A DNA stretch of 64,000 bases from an uncultured Actinomycetota bacterium (GCA_963697675.1 CAVOOW010000008.1:2268-66267); one strand, 5' to 3'. Counted from the stretch's first letter, positions 50,333-60,478 are shown. A program made the numbers and translations. The notes: generated by a model not told the origin, from the sequence alone.

Positions 50333-51004
50333 ATGCCGACGTTGCGCCTACTGCCCGAGCTGGAGGACTCGCTGCGCCAGATTCCGGGCATCACAGCGGC
50401 CAGCGTCGTGACCGGCCCGGATGCGGTGCCGACCGAGGTCCATGTGCTGGCATCGCCGGGGAAGCCGGCCAAGCAGGTCGTCCGGGACGTCCAGTCGATG
50501 GCCCTGGCCCGCTATGACATCGACATCGACCATCGCATCGTGTCCGTCGTGCTGATCGGGGACGAGCAGGTCGACGGGCTGGCGGTCACCGGCGACGCCG
50601 CCGACAGCCATGCGCACGACGAGGTGACCATCATCCGCCCCGCCATCTCCGCGATCATGGTGCGCAGCGGTGGCGGCATCACCGAGGCGTCGGTGACCCT
50701 GGCCGCCGAGGACCAGCTGTTCGAGGGCAAGGCTCAGGGCCCTGCCGGTTCCAGTCACCGATCACGCATCGTCGCGATCGCCACTCTCGACGCCCTCGAC
50801 GACCTGCTCGGCCAGACGTGCGAGGTCGAGTCGGCGTCGGTCGTGTCGACCGGGAGCCGGCAGATCGCGCTGAGCGTGCTCACCCTCATGGTGCCGCGCA
50901 CCGGCGAGCAGGTGCTGACGGGTTGCGCGCTCGTCCGCGGTGACGAGGCCGACGCGGTCGCCCGTTCGGTGCTCTCCGCCCTCAACCGCCAGCTCACCGG
51001 CTGA
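50333..51004 (+). CDS. hypothetical protein (223 aa)
   Basis: High-GC3 coding begins at ATG 50333 (MPTLRLLPELEDSLRQIPGITAASVV...). The upstream in-frame stretch is repeat or low-GC3 sequence. No family recognised. Confidence 0.6.
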   Translation: MPTLRLLPELEDSLRQIPGITAASVVTGPDAVPTEVHVLASPGKPAKQVVRDVQSMALARYDIDIDHRIVSVVLIGDEQVDGLAVTGDAADSHAHDEVTIIRPAISAIMVRSGGGITEASVTLAAEDQLFEGKAQGPAGSSHRSRIVAIATLDALDDLLGQTCEVESASVVSTGSRQIALSVLTLMVPRTGEQVLTGCALVRGDEADAVARSVLSALNRQLTG

Positions 51005-51023
51005 CGGAGCGAGTCGCCAGCGG

Positions 51024-51518
51024 CTACCAGGGGCCGATCGAGCGTGAGCCCGACCCGGGCCGCAGCTCATCCTCGAGCAGCTCGCGGGCGCGGGCGCGGA
51101 CGGCGTCGAGCGGCGCTCGCAGCCCGTCAAGGGAGCCGGCGTCCTGCTCGAGCAGCACGGTGACCCGGCGCGTCGTCGCGATCGCCGTACGCGCGAGCGC
51201 GGCGCCCGCAGCGGTCGTGTGCAGGAAGTACGAACGCCGGTCCTCGTCGTTGGGCCGGCGTTCCACAAGACCGTCGCGGGTGAGCTCACGGATCCTGTCG
51301 CGCAGCGTCGTGCCGGCGATGCCCATGACCGTCTCCAGGCCGGTCGGGGTCACCGGCTCGTGCATCCGCACCATCATCAGCACGCCGGCCTGGAACGGCG
51401 CCACGCCCTTCTTGGCCATTTCCTCGTCGAACAGTTGACTCACCCAGGCGTTGGTGATGGCCAGCCGCAGGGCGAACGGCAGGTCGGCCCGGCTCCTGGA
51501 TGCGCGCGCTTTCGGCAT
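51024..51518 (-). CDS. MarR family transcriptional regulator
   Basis: Winged helix ...VTPTGLETVMGIAGTTLRDRIRELTRDGLVERRPNDEDRRS... Confidence 0.85.
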   Translation of the reverse strand: MPKARASRSRADLPFALRLAITNAWVSQLFDEEMAKKGVAPFQAGVLMMVRMHEPVTPTGLETVMGIAGTTLRDRIRELTRDGLVERRPNDEDRRSYFLHTTAAGAALARTAIATTRRVTVLLEQDAGSLDGLRAPLDAVRARARELLEDELRPGSGSRSIGPW

Positions 51519-51651
51519 GCGCTGATCGTAGGGGCGGACCCCGATCGGTAGGTGGCGCCCGTGCGACGTGTCAAAATGGTCAGCAGCGCACCAGACCAGC
51601 CGCGGCGATCGACCTGCCGCTCCGTAGGACCACGTGAGGGAGAAACCGCCG

Positions 51652-51726
51652 ATGGCGAAGAAGTCGCGTCAGAAGAAGGCCCGCAAGAAGAGCAAGGCCA
51701 ACCACGGCAAGCGGCCCAACAGCTGA
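51652..51726 (+). CDS. ribosomal protein bL37 (24 aa)
   Basis: MAKKSRQKKARKKSKANHGKRPNS, preceded by GAGGGAG. It closely resembles the mycobacterial bL37 peptide (...KANHGKRPN.). It is below the ORF-track cut-off. Confidence 0.7.
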   Translation: MAKKSRQKKARKKSKANHGKRPNS

Positions 51727-51751
51727 CGACCGCGTCAGCCTCGTACAACAA

Positions 51752-51784
51752 GAAGGCCCGGCTCCCCTCGGGGACCGGGCCTTC
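51752..51784. terminator. GC-rich hairpin between convergent bL37 and rshA
   Basis: gaaggcccggctcccc-tc-ggggaccgggccttc, with one bulged base. Confidence 0.55.
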
Positions 51785-51818
51785 GTCGTACAACGACCAT
51801 TTTCCGTACGCGCGAGCG

Positions 51819-52091
51819 CTACTGAGCCTCGCCGCGCAGTTCCACCCGGGCAGCCTCGATGCGAATGAGCACCTTCGCCCGTAGCTCGGCAGGCGCCTTG
51901 TCGTGGCAGCTGCGCTTGACGATGGACTTCACCGCCTCCTCCAGGCCGAACTCCCGCAGGCAGGGCCCGCACTCCTCGAGGTGGTGCTTGATGTCGTGGA
52001 CCCTGCTGCCGTCCAGCTCACCGTCGATGTACTCGTAGACCTTGTCGAGCACCTCTGAGCAGGGGGTGTCGTGGTGGTTGCCACAGCTCAC
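51819..52091 (-). CDS. rshA: zinc-associated anti-sigma factor (RsrA/RshA type)
   Basis: 90 aa with the HxxxCxxC motif (HHLEECGPC) and an N-terminal Cys. 4-nt overlap with the sigma gene. Confidence 0.85.
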   Translation of the reverse strand: MSCGNHHDTPCSEVLDKVYEYIDGELDGSRVHDIKHHLEECGPCLREFGLEEAVKSIVKRSCHDKAPAELRAKVLIRIEAARVELRGEAQ

Positions 52092-52702
52092 GACTGATCG
52101 CCTCCGTCGTCGCTCGCGCCGGCCGGCACCAGTCCCCGTTCACGTGCGTAGTCCTGCAGCAGGTCACGCAGCTGTCGTCGACCGCGATGCAGACGCGACA
52201 TCACCGTGCCGATGGGAGTGCCCATGATGTCGGCGATCTCCTTGTAGGCGAAGCCCTCGACGTCGGCGAGGTAGACCGCGATGCGGAAGTCCTCGGGGAT
52301 CGACTGGAGGGCCTCTTTCACGTCCGAGTCCGGCAGGTGCTCCAGGGCCTCGGCTTCTGCCGACTTCAGCCCGCTGGACATGTGCGACTCGGCCTGGGCC
52401 AGCTGCCAGTCCTCGACCGTCTCGGTGCCGGACTGCTTCGGCTGGCGCTGTGCCTTGCGATAGGTGTTGATGAACGTGTTGGTCAGGATGCGATAGAGCC
52501 ACGCCTTGAGGTTGGTGCCCTCGCGGAACTGGTGGAACGAGCCGTAGGCCTTGGCGTAGGTCTCCTGCACCAGGTCTTCGGCGTCGCTGGGGTTGCGCGT
52601 CATGCGCAACGCGGCCGAGTAGAGCTGGTCGATGTACTGCATCGCGTCGCGCTCGAACCTGGTGTTGCGCTCGTCAGCCGTCTCGGCCGTCTCGTTGCTC
52701 AT
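52088..52702 (-). CDS. sigH: ECF sigma factor, SigH/SigR type
   Basis: ATG 52702 (MSNETAE...). Region 2 [14 protein letters not shown] and region 4 [23 protein letters not shown]. Confidence 0.85.
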   Translation of the reverse strand: MSNETAETADERNTRFERDAMQYIDQLYSAALRMTRNPSDAEDLVQETYAKAYGSFHQFREGTNLKAWLYRILTNTFINTYRKAQRQPKQSGTETVEDWQLAQAESHMSSGLKSAEAEALEHLPDSDVKEALQSIPEDFRIAVYLADVEGFAYKEIADIMGTPIGTVMSRLHRGRRQLRDLLQDYARERGLVPAGASDDGGDQS

Positions 52703-52848
52703 TGCTGGCGATGCTATCTCGCTGGACAGCCCCGTCAGACCGGGCCATTCGGGATAGCTCAGCACCGACGCTTCGCCACGTCGCGTTGCGGGGGCAAATG
52801 CCATCTGTGCTGGAACCTCCACGAGAAGATTGGGAATCTGGGAGTGCA

Positions 52849-52875
52849 AACGGCGCGAGGCCTGTCGCGATTCCC
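52849..52875 (-). promoter_or_regulatory. SigH/SigR-type autoregulatory promoter
   Basis: On the minus strand: GGGAAT (52875-52870), 18 nt, GTT (52851-52849). This matches the GGAAT-N18-GTT consensus, about 145 nt upstream of the sigH ATG. Confidence 0.6.
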
Positions 52876-52949
52876 GACCCACGCCGGAGGAGGTGCGATC
52901 GAACGGATATTCGACCTGCCCGGCAGGCAGGGCGGTTGGTGCCGGATCG

Positions 52950-53546
52950 TCAGCGCGGCATCGGATAGATCGTGCGGTGCTCCGTCAGCATCTCCACGAA
53001 CTGCGCGAGACGGCGAGCCCGCGTCTCCGGCTTCTTGGCCGTCTGCAGGCGATGCAGGATCGCAAAGCGGTTCGTGCTGTCCAGCGTCGCGAAGAAGTCT
53101 CGCGCCACGGCGTTGGCCGCCAATGCTGCAGCGAGGTCGTCGGGCACCGTCGACGTTCGCGGACTGTCATAGGCCGCGTCCCACCGACCGTCCGCCTTGG
53201 CGCGCTCGATCTCGGCGAGACCGGCCGGTTGCATCTCGCCGGCCTCTACCAGAGCCTCCGCCTTCGCCCTGTTGACCTTCGACCAGATGCTGCGCGAACG
53301 CCGAGGGGTGAACCGCTGCAGCCAGTGGGTCTCGTCGAGTCCCTTCTTCTGCCCGTCGATCCAGCCGAAGCAGAGCGCGACCTCGAGCGCCTCCGGATAG
53401 TCGACGGACTCGACGGCGGCGCCCTTGCTCTTTCGCGCGATCTTCAGCCAGACGCCTTCCGGCGCATCGGCGTGGTGGGCCGCCAACCAGGCCCGCCAGG
53501 CGGCCTGGTCGGCGAACGACACCACCGGTGGGTCGGTCGAGGTCAA
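52950..53546 (-). CDS. YdeI/OmdA family protein
   Basis: [15 protein letters not shown]...GVWLKIARK...FGWIDGQKK...[15 protein letters not shown] 53546 was chosen to avoid overlap with the upstream gene. Confidence 0.7.
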   Translation of the reverse strand: MTSTDPPVVSFADQAAWRAWLAAHHADAPEGVWLKIARKSKGAAVESVDYPEALEVALCFGWIDGQKKGLDETHWLQRFTPRRSRSIWSKVNRAKAEALVEAGEMQPAGLAEIERAKADGRWDAAYDSPRTSTVPDDLAAALAANAVARDFFATLDSTNRFAILHRLQTAKKPETRARRLAQFVEMLTEHRTIYPMPR

Positions 53547-53550
53547 ACCC

Positions 53551-54750
53551 TCAGCTGACCCGCAGTCGCAGGATCCGGTCGTCGCGCCGCGTGGGGTTGC
53601 CACGACCGTCGGTGTTGCTCGTGGTCAGCCACAACGTGCCGTCCGGCGCCGCCTGTGCGGTGCGCAACCGCCCGTACGCGTTGACCAGGAACTTCTTCTT
53701 CGACGCCACCGACGCTCCGTCGAGCTTCACGCGAAGCAACCGGTGGCCGGTGAGCCCGCCGATCCACGCGACGTTGTTGATGATGGCGATGCCCGACGGG
53801 CCGGCGTTGTAGTTGTGCCACTGCGCCTTGGGGCTGGTGTACGCGGGGTTGCTCGTCTTGCCCTCGGTCGCCGGCCAGCCGTAGTTGTGACCGGCCCTGA
53901 TCAGGTTGAGCTCGTCCCAGGCATGGTCGCCGAACTCCGTCGCCCACAGCCGCCCGGCCGAGTCCCAGGCGAGGCCCTGGACGTTGCGGTGGCCATAGCT
54001 GTAGACCAGCGGCGAGCCCTTGAACGGGTTGCCCGACGACGGCGCATTCCCCTTCGCAGTCACCCGCAGGATCTTGCCGCCCAGGGACTTCTTCTTCTGG
54101 GCCAGCGACCCGTTGCCGCCCTCACCCGTCGCGATGTAGAGCTTGCGGTCCGGACCGAACGCGATGCGCCCGCCGTCGTGGTGCAACCCAACCGGGATGC
54201 CCTTCACCAGGACGTGCACCTTGCCCAGCTTGCCGTTGCGATAGCGCATCCGCACCACGCGGTTGTCCGACGACGTGCTCATGTAGGCGTAGAGCCAGTG
54301 GTTCGTGGCGAACTTCGGCGACAGCGCCAGGCCCAGCAGCCCGGCCTCGCCACCGCTCGCGCCGTTGGACACGACGCCGGGCACGGTGCCGATCCGCTTC
54401 TTCTTGCCTGTCGACGGGTTCACCCGCAGGATCCGCTCTCGGTCGCGGCTGGACACCAGCGCTTTCCCGTTGGACAGGAAGGCGATGCCCCACGGCACGT
54501 TGATGTTGCGGGCGACAGCGCCGAGCACCTTCACGGAGGCGGCCCGCTTCGCCGCGGCCCGCGCCGCCGGCGCGGCAGACGAGGCTGCCGGCGCCGACTG
54601 CACGAGCGAGGTCTGCTGCGTGGCGGCGGCCGCTCCGGCGTCGGATTTCTTGGCGCTGCTCGGGTCGCCGCTGCCCCCACAACCGGACAGGAGTACGCCG
54701 ACAACGGTGGCCGCAGCAGCGGCCCTGGCCAGTCGCGGAGAAGACGTCAT
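53551..54750 (-). CDS. PQQ-dependent sugar dehydrogenase lipoprotein
   Basis: ATG 54750 and lipobox LLSGC. Motifs: INVPWGIAFLSNG, HDGGRIAFGPDRKLY, YSYGHRNVQGLAWD, NYGWP. Confidence 0.85.
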   Translation of the reverse strand: MTSSPRLARAAAAATVVGVLLSGCGGSGDPSSAKKSDAGAAAATQQTSLVQSAPAASSAAPAARAAAKRAASVKVLGAVARNINVPWGIAFLSNGKALVSSRDRERILRVNPSTGKKKRIGTVPGVVSNGASGGEAGLLGLALSPKFATNHWLYAYMSTSSDNRVVRMRYRNGKLGKVHVLVKGIPVGLHHDGGRIAFGPDRKLYIATGEGGNGSLAQKKKSLGGKILRVTAKGNAPSSGNPFKGSPLVYSYGHRNVQGLAWDSAGRLWATEFGDHAWDELNLIRAGHNYGWPATEGKTSNPAYTSPKAQWHNYNAGPSGIAIINNVAWIGGLTGHRLLRVKLDGASVASKKKFLVNAYGRLRTAQAAPDGTLWLTTSNTDGRGNPTRRDDRILRLRVS

Positions 54751-54836
54751 AACCCCACATTCACCGACATTGGTGCCGCTCGTCAATCTGACGGTGTGGC
54801 GCGGGCACCAGGAGCTGCGTCGTCGGTGCAGGTCGA

Positions 54837-55458
54837 TCAGAGCTCCCGGAGCCAGCGGTCGGCCGCGTCGACGACCAGGTCGAGCGCCTCTCGCTGGGTC
54901 AGCGGGGCCGACGCGGGCACGCGGAAGCTGTGGTCGGCGAACGGGATCCGGCGCATGGCAAACGGCCCGTCCGCCGGGAAGGCGGCCGGTCCGCCGAACG
55001 CGTCGCGGTCGCCCTGCACGACCAGGGTCGGGCACCGCCGCACCGGTCAGCTCGGCGAGGCGAGACTTCTCCGGCCGGCCCGGCGGATGCAACGGGAAGG
55101 CCAGCGCCAGAACACCGACGGCACCGACTGCCACCGCCGTCCGGCAGGCGACCCGGGCTCCCGCGGACCGGCCGCCGACGACCAACGGACCGGTCACATC
55201 GAGCTCGGCGAGGACGGCCGACCAGGCGACGTCCAGAGTCGGAGGTGCCGTGGCGACCTTGCGACCGGCGACATGCCACGGCTGCTCGACTCGCATGACC
55301 GTGACACCTCGATCGGGCAGGGCGCCGGCCAACGCCTCGAGGTCGCGCGCGCCGATGCCGCCGCCGGCCCCGTGCCCGAGCACCAGGGTCACGCGAGTCG
55401 ACGTACCTCTTCTGATGTCGACGCGCGCCTCACCCACCGGGGTGTCGATGCTGCGCAC
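54837..55458 (-). pseudogene. alpha/beta hydrolase (KANL3/Tex30-like), one frame change near 55032-55049
   Basis: The N-part LVLGHGAGGG...GGRSAGARVA...LAFPLHPPGRPEKSRLAEL is in the frame of ORF 53551..55488. The C-part CPTLVVQGDRDAFG...HSF... is in ORF 54837..55043. Confidence 0.7.
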
Positions 55459-55459
55459 G

Positions 55460-56239
55460 CTAGAAGAGCTGGTCGTCGACCGGCGCATCGCTCACGGACA
55501 CGTTCTCGGACGGGATCGGCTCCAGGGGGATCGGCTCGATCAGCTGTGGCCCGTTGTTGCGCACGCTGTTGACCTCTGTGGAGACCGGGAAAGCGGTCAG
55601 CCGGCCCGGCGCGGCGGGGACGAGCAGCCCGCGCAGCTCGTCGGGGTCGTCGTGCGAGGGATCGAGCCAGGAGGAGTAGCGGTCGCGCTCGACGAGCATC
55701 GGCATGCGGTCGTGGATGCGACCCAGGTCGTCCTCGGCCGTGGTCGTGAGGATCGTGCACGACCAGAGCCAGCGGTCGGGGTCGTCGTCAGCCTTGGCCT
55801 TGTCGCGCCACAGCTCATAGAGCCCGGCCATCGCGAGCGGTCGCCCGTCGGAGGGAGTGATGAAGAACGGCTGCTTCTTGCCCTTGACCTCGCCGTACCA
55901 CTCGAAGTAGCCGTCGGCCGGGAGCAGGCAGCGCCGCTTGGCGAAGGCGCGTTTGAACGCTGGCTTCTCGGCAACGCTCTCCATGCGCGCGTTGATCATC
56001 TTGTTGCCGATCGACGGGTCCTTGGCCCACGACGGCACGAGACCCCATCGCACGGCGCGCAGGGCACGCACCGGCGCGGACTCGGGCTCGCCCTTCGGCG
56101 AGCGTTCGAGCACGGCATAGACGTCGTCGGTCGGCGCGACGTTGTAGCTCGCCGGCAACAGCTGCTCTGGCTGCTCCTCGAGCTCGAACTCCTCGACGAG
56201 GTCCTCCGGTCGCCGGCTCGCGGCATAGCGCCCACACAT
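55460..56239 (-). CDS. SOS response-associated peptidase (SRAP/YedK family)
   Basis: N-terminal MCGRY (catalytic Cys2), SYNVAPT, WGLVPSW. Confidence 0.85.
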   Translation of the reverse strand: MCGRYAASRRPEDLVEEFELEEQPEQLLPASYNVAPTDDVYAVLERSPKGEPESAPVRALRAVRWGLVPSWAKDPSIGNKMINARMESVAEKPAFKRAFAKRRCLLPADGYFEWYGEVKGKKQPFFITPSDGRPLAMAGLYELWRDKAKADDDPDRWLWSCTILTTTAEDDLGRIHDRMPMLVERDRYSSWLDPSHDDPDELRGLLVPAAPGRLTAFPVSTEVNSVRNNGPQLIEPIPLEPIPSENVSVSDAPVDDQLF

Positions 56240-56352
56240 GACTGCCAGCCTGCCAGAGCGGGCCGACAGTCGTCGGTGACTCGACCGGCATCACGGCCAG
56301 AGCGGGCCGACGGGCTGCCGACACAGGTTTTCGACGAAGCCCGTCGGGCAAG

Positions 56353-56892
56353 ATGGCTCCCATGACCGTCGTACGCCGCCTCGCCCGTCCCCTGCTCGCC
56401 TCGATGTTCATCGTCGGTGGGTTCGATGCCGTCCGGAACCCGAAGTCGAAGGTCGGTGCCGCCGAGGACGTCGCCCCGGCCATCGCCGCGCACCTGCCCT
56501 ATCTGCCCGAGGACCCCGAACAGCTCGTCAGGATCAACGGCGCGGTCCAGGTCGGTGCCGGCACTCTGCTCGCCCTCGGGCGCTTTCCCCGGCTGTCCTC
56601 GACCTTGCTGGCCGGCAGCGTGATCCCGACGACTCTCGCCGGACACCGCTTCTGGGAGATCAAGGACGACCCGACCAAACGCGCCCAGCAACGGATCCAC
56701 TTCTTCAAGAACCTCGGCCTGCTCGGTGGCCTGATGCTCGCGGCAGTGGACACGGAGGGACGTCCAGGGCTGGCCTGGCGGGCGCAGCACGCGGGCCATC
56801 ATGTGGCGGGCGGCTCCCGCCATGCGCGCAAGGTTGCCCGGCTCGAGGCCAGGCTCGCGGCCCGCAGCGCACGAGACAGGCTGCCCGTCTGA
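56353..56892 (+). CDS. DoxX family membrane protein
   Basis: LLASMFIVGGFDAV..., FFKNLGLLGGLML. Confidence 0.8.
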   Translation: MAPMTVVRRLARPLLASMFIVGGFDAVRNPKSKVGAAEDVAPAIAAHLPYLPEDPEQLVRINGAVQVGAGTLLALGRFPRLSSTLLAGSVIPTTLAGHRFWEIKDDPTKRAQQRIHFFKNLGLLGGLMLAAVDTEGRPGLAWRAQHAGHHVAGGSRHARKVARLEARLAARSARDRLPV

Positions 56893-56940
56893 GCGCTGCG
56901 CGGCGGGTTGGTCGTCGTACGCGGCACTACCCTCGGTCGC

Positions 56941-58206
56941 ATGCAGCCGCCCTGGCCGGCACCGGTCGCCCACGCACCTGTGCGGGCGACTGTCGCCGTT
57001 CCCGGGTCGAAGTCGATGACCAATCGGGCCCTTGTCCTCGCGGCGCTGGCGCAGACGCCCACGACCATCCGGGTTCCCCTGCGCAGCCGTGACACGGCCT
57101 TGATGGTTGCCGGGCTGCGCGCGCTGGGCACGACGATCGACGACGGCGAGCAGGACTGGCGGGTCGAGCCGGGACCAATTGTCGGGTCGGTTGCCATCGA
57201 CGTCGGCCTGGCCGGCACCGTCATGCGTTTCCTCCCGCCGGTCGCGACGCTCGCGACCGGCGACGTGAGCTTCGACGGCGACGAGGCCGCGCGGCACCGG
57301 CCGCTGCAACCGGTGCTCGACGGGCTGGCCGCGCTCGGTGCCGACATCACGTCGTCCAGCGGCCGACTGCCGCTGACGGTGCACGGCCGCGGTTGGCTGC
57401 TCGGTGGCTCGGTGACCGTCGACGCCTCGCAGTCCTCGATGTTCGTGAGCGCGCTGCTGCTGGCCGCCCCGCGGTTCGCCAACGGTGTCGAGGTCGTGCA
57501 CAGCGGACCACGGGTGCCGTCCATGCCGCACATCGCGATGACCGTCGCGATGCTGCGCCAGGCCGGCGCGATCGTCGAGCACATCGACTCGCACACCTGG
57601 CGGGTCGAGCCGGGGCCGTTGCGGCTGGACGAGTTCCGGGTGGAGCCGGACCTGTCCAACGCCGCCCCGTTCCTTGCCGCAGCGGCCGTCACCGGCGGCA
57701 GTGTCTGCGTGCCGGGCTGGCCGGAGGTGACGACCCAACCGGGCGAGCACCTGCTCAACCTGCTGACCCGGATGGGAGCTGAGGTCGAGCGGGGCGACGA
57801 AGCGGTCACGGTGAACGGCACCGGCCGGCTGCGGGGCATCGACGCGGATCTCGGCGACGCCCCCGAGATCGTGACGACGGCGGTCGCGCTGGCGGCGCTC
57901 GCTGACTCGCCGACCCGGCTGCGCGGCATCGCCCACCTGCGCGGCCACGAGACGGACCGGCTCAAGGCGCTCACGGTCGAGATCAACCGTCTCGGTGGCG
58001 ATGCCGAGGAGACGACCGACGGGCTGATCGTCCGGCCGCGGCCGTTGCACGCCGGCGCCGTGGAGACCTACGCCGACCACCGGATGGCGACCTTTGCCGC
58101 CGTGCTCGGGCTGCGGGTGCCTGACATCTCGATCGTCGACATCGAAACGACGGCGAAGACGATGCCCGGGTTCGTCGACCTGTGGACCGGGATGCTCTCC
58201 TCGTGA
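56941..58206 (+). CDS. aroA: 3-phosphoshikimate 1-carboxyvinyltransferase
   Basis: [32 protein letters not shown]. Confidence 0.92.
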   Translation: MQPPWPAPVAHAPVRATVAVPGSKSMTNRALVLAALAQTPTTIRVPLRSRDTALMVAGLRALGTTIDDGEQDWRVEPGPIVGSVAIDVGLAGTVMRFLPPVATLATGDVSFDGDEAARHRPLQPVLDGLAALGADITSSSGRLPLTVHGRGWLLGGSVTVDASQSSMFVSALLLAAPRFANGVEVVHSGPRVPSMPHIAMTVAMLRQAGAIVEHIDSHTWRVEPGPLRLDEFRVEPDLSNAAPFLAAAAVTGGSVCVPGWPEVTTQPGEHLLNLLTRMGAEVERGDEAVTVNGTGRLRGIDADLGDAPEIVTTAVALAALADSPTRLRGIAHLRGHETDRLKALTVEINRLGGDAEETTDGLIVRPRPLHAGAVETYADHRMATFAAVLGLRVPDISIVDIETTAKTMPGFVDLWTGMLSS

Positions 58207-58356
58207 GCGAGCCTGCGAGCTCACCATCGAGCACAGCGCCTGGTCGAACGCGACCGACGAGCGCCAGCGAGGAGCGAGCGTGAGCGAGCCTGCGAGCTCA
58301 CCATCGAGCACAGCGCCTGGTCGAACGCGACCGACGAGCGCCAGCGAGGAGCGAGC
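58203..58356 (+). repeat. perfect 77-bp tandem duplication between aroA and rsgA
   Basis: 58203-58279 equals 58280-58356 exactly. Both copies begin gtgagc, as does rsgA at 58357. Confidence 0.9.
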
Positions 58357-59370
58357 GTGAGCCGCGATCTCGACGAGGACGACGTCCGCGTCCGCCCGTC
58401 GAAGGGTTCCCGCCCCCGCACCAAGGACCGGCCGCGTCACGAGGACGCCACGTCGGCCGTCGTCGTCGCGGTCGACCGGGGTCGCTACACCACCCATGTC
58501 GACGGTCGCCAGGTCACGGCCATGAAGGCCCGCGAGCTCGGTCGTACGGGCCGGGTCGTCGTCGGCGACCGGGTCGCGCTCGTCGGTGATGTCTCCGGTC
58601 TTCCCGACACGCTGGCTCGCATCGTGCGCGTCGAGCCCCGTCGGTCCACGCTGCGGCGCACCGCCGACGACACCGACCCCGTCGAGCGCATCATCGTCGC
58701 CAACGCCGAGCAGTTGGTCATCGTCACCGCGTTGGCCGATCCGCCGCCACGCCCACGGCTGATCGACCGGTGCCTCGTGGCCGCGTTCGACGCGGGGCTC
58801 GATGCCCTGCTGTGCCTGACGAAACCGGACCTCACCGGACCGGAGGAGCTGCTCGAGACCTATGGCGCACTCGCGGTGCCGCACGTCGTCGTACACCGCG
58901 GTGCGCCCCTCGACGAGCTCGTCGCGCGCCTGGCCGACCGGGTGAGCGTGTTCGTCGGGCACTCAGGGGTCGGCAAGTCCACTCTGGTCAACGCACTCAT
59001 CCCCGGCGCCGGGCGCGCAACGGGTGGCGTGAACGCCGTGACCGGCCGCGGCCGCCACACGTCCTCGTCGGTCATCGCCCTCGAGCTGCCCGGCGGCGGC
59101 TGGGTCATCGACACCCCTGGCGTGCGCAGCTTCGGGCTGGCCCACGTGGACCTGAACCGCGTGATCAAGGCCTTCCCGGACCTCGAGGACGGCATCGGCG
59201 ACTGTCCCCGCGGCTGCAGCCACGACGAGCCCGAGTGCGCGCTCGACGCCTGGGTCGCCGCGGGGCACAGTGACCCGGCGCGCCTCGCGTCGCTGCGCCG
59301 GTTGCTGCGCAGCCGCGACGTGGAACGTGACGACGACAGCTCAGACAGCACAACTGACGACGACCGCTGA
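58357..59370 (+). CDS. rsgA: ribosome small-subunit-dependent GTPase A
   Basis: NAEQLVIV, LTKPDL, GHSGVGKSTLVNAL, and the zinc motif CPRGCSHDEPEC. Confidence 0.9.
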   Translation: MSRDLDEDDVRVRPSKGSRPRTKDRPRHEDATSAVVVAVDRGRYTTHVDGRQVTAMKARELGRTGRVVVGDRVALVGDVSGLPDTLARIVRVEPRRSTLRRTADDTDPVERIIVANAEQLVIVTALADPPPRPRLIDRCLVAAFDAGLDALLCLTKPDLTGPEELLETYGALAVPHVVVHRGAPLDELVARLADRVSVFVGHSGVGKSTLVNALIPGAGRATGGVNAVTGRGRHTSSSVIALELPGGGWVIDTPGVRSFGLAHVDLNRVIKAFPDLEDGIGDCPRGCSHDEPECALDAWVAAGHSDPARLASLRRLLRSRDVERDDDSSDSTTDDDR

Positions 59371-59380
59371 ACTGGTTTCG

Positions 59381-59857
59381 CTACTTGCAGGCGCTGGATC
59401 CGATCGTGCAGCTCCAGACCGCTGTCGACCCGAGCTCGCCCGTGATCGCAACTTGGGCCGTGGCTGCCCCTGCGGCCAGGACGGCAAGCACGGCGACCAC
59501 CATCACCGGACGGCCGGTGCGGCCACTGCGGTCGAGCAGCACGAGCGCGACGGCGAGCACCCACAGGGCGAGTGTGGGCCAGATGACCAGCTTGCCCATT
59601 TTCTCGTGATGCCTGATCTGCTTGAGCACGACGCCGCTCGCATGCACTCGATTGAACAGTGCAAGGCCACTGCGGGTGGCGACGGGCACGGCGACCAGAC
59701 CTGCCGTGAGGATGGCGAGGACGGCGATGCCGAACCGTTGCCGCCACCGCGGCACGATGGCGATCGCCACGACGCCCAAGGCCCCGAGGGGGACGAGGAC
59801 GACAACCGCGTGGACGACGAGGGCGTGGACCGGCAGACCCCTGAAAGTGTCGAACAT
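59381..59857 (-). CDS. DUF2231 family membrane protein
   Basis: MFDTFRGLPVHALVVHAVVVLVPL..., four TM segments. Confidence 0.65.
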   Translation of the reverse strand: MFDTFRGLPVHALVVHAVVVLVPLGALGVVAIAIVPRWRQRFGIAVLAILTAGLVAVPVATRSGLALFNRVHASGVVLKQIRHHEKMGKLVIWPTLALWVLAVALVLLDRSGRTGRPVMVVAVLAVLAAGAATAQVAITGELGSTAVWSCTIGSSACK

Positions 59858-59994
59858 GGCAGTGTGCGGCGCCGAGACGCCGGCTCCCTTCCGCTAGGGA
59901 CTTCATGACGCGACGACGTTCGGGCTCCACGCTTGCACGAGCAACGGCCTGACAAAGTTCCCGACATGCCGAGGAATTTTCCTCGTTTTTGTCC

Positions 59995-60381
59995 TCAGGA
60001 GGCGGCAGAGGCCGTCGAGGCAGGGCGGCCCGAGAGCCGGGAACGCAGCCGGGCCCGGCGCTTGTCGATCGCCCGGGTGTGGTGCAGATACTCGGGCCAC
60101 TTGGCGGCCGGCAGGGCCAACCAGGCCTCGCAGACCGACAGGGCCGGCCCGGTGTCGCCGGCCCGGTCGAGCAGGATCGAGGCGCGCTCGTACGTATAAG
60201 GGGTGTCGACCTCCACGGCTATGCCGTGCAGCAGCGTCTCGAGCTCACGCAGGTCGCCCTTGGACAGCTTGCCCGCCAGCGGGTCGCCGGCGAGGGTCCA
60301 ACCGTCGATGCTGAACCGGGGCACGGGGATGGGCGCCGCCTCGATGGCGGTGCTCTCCTGACGTCGGTGGAAGAGGGCCAT
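59995..60381 (-). CDS. hypothetical protein
   Basis: 128-aa ORF with high GC3. No family recognised. Confidence 0.45.
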   Translation of the reverse strand: MALFHRRQESTAIEAAPIPVPRFSIDGWTLAGDPLAGKLSKGDLRELETLLHGIAVEVDTPYTYERASILLDRAGDTGPALSVCEAWLALPAAKWPEYLHHTRAIDKRRARLRSRLSGRPASTASAAS

Positions 60382-60478
60382 CTCGTGTCTCCGTGCCTGG
60401 GGCGCTTCGCGTGGGTTCGTGTAGAGAAGTATGCGTGGGTCCCGGGGCGATGGGCCAGGGACTTGTACGGTTCGTTAC

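Noticed and set aside
59970-59990. A plus-strand terminator-like hairpin (cgagg-aatttt-cctcg) followed by TTTTT, downstream of no plus-strand gene. It was considered as the end of a small RNA.
   Set aside because: The stem is only 5 bp and I could not support a convincing promoter. It sits immediately after the stop of the minus-strand gene 59995..60381 and may simply be AT-rich spacer.
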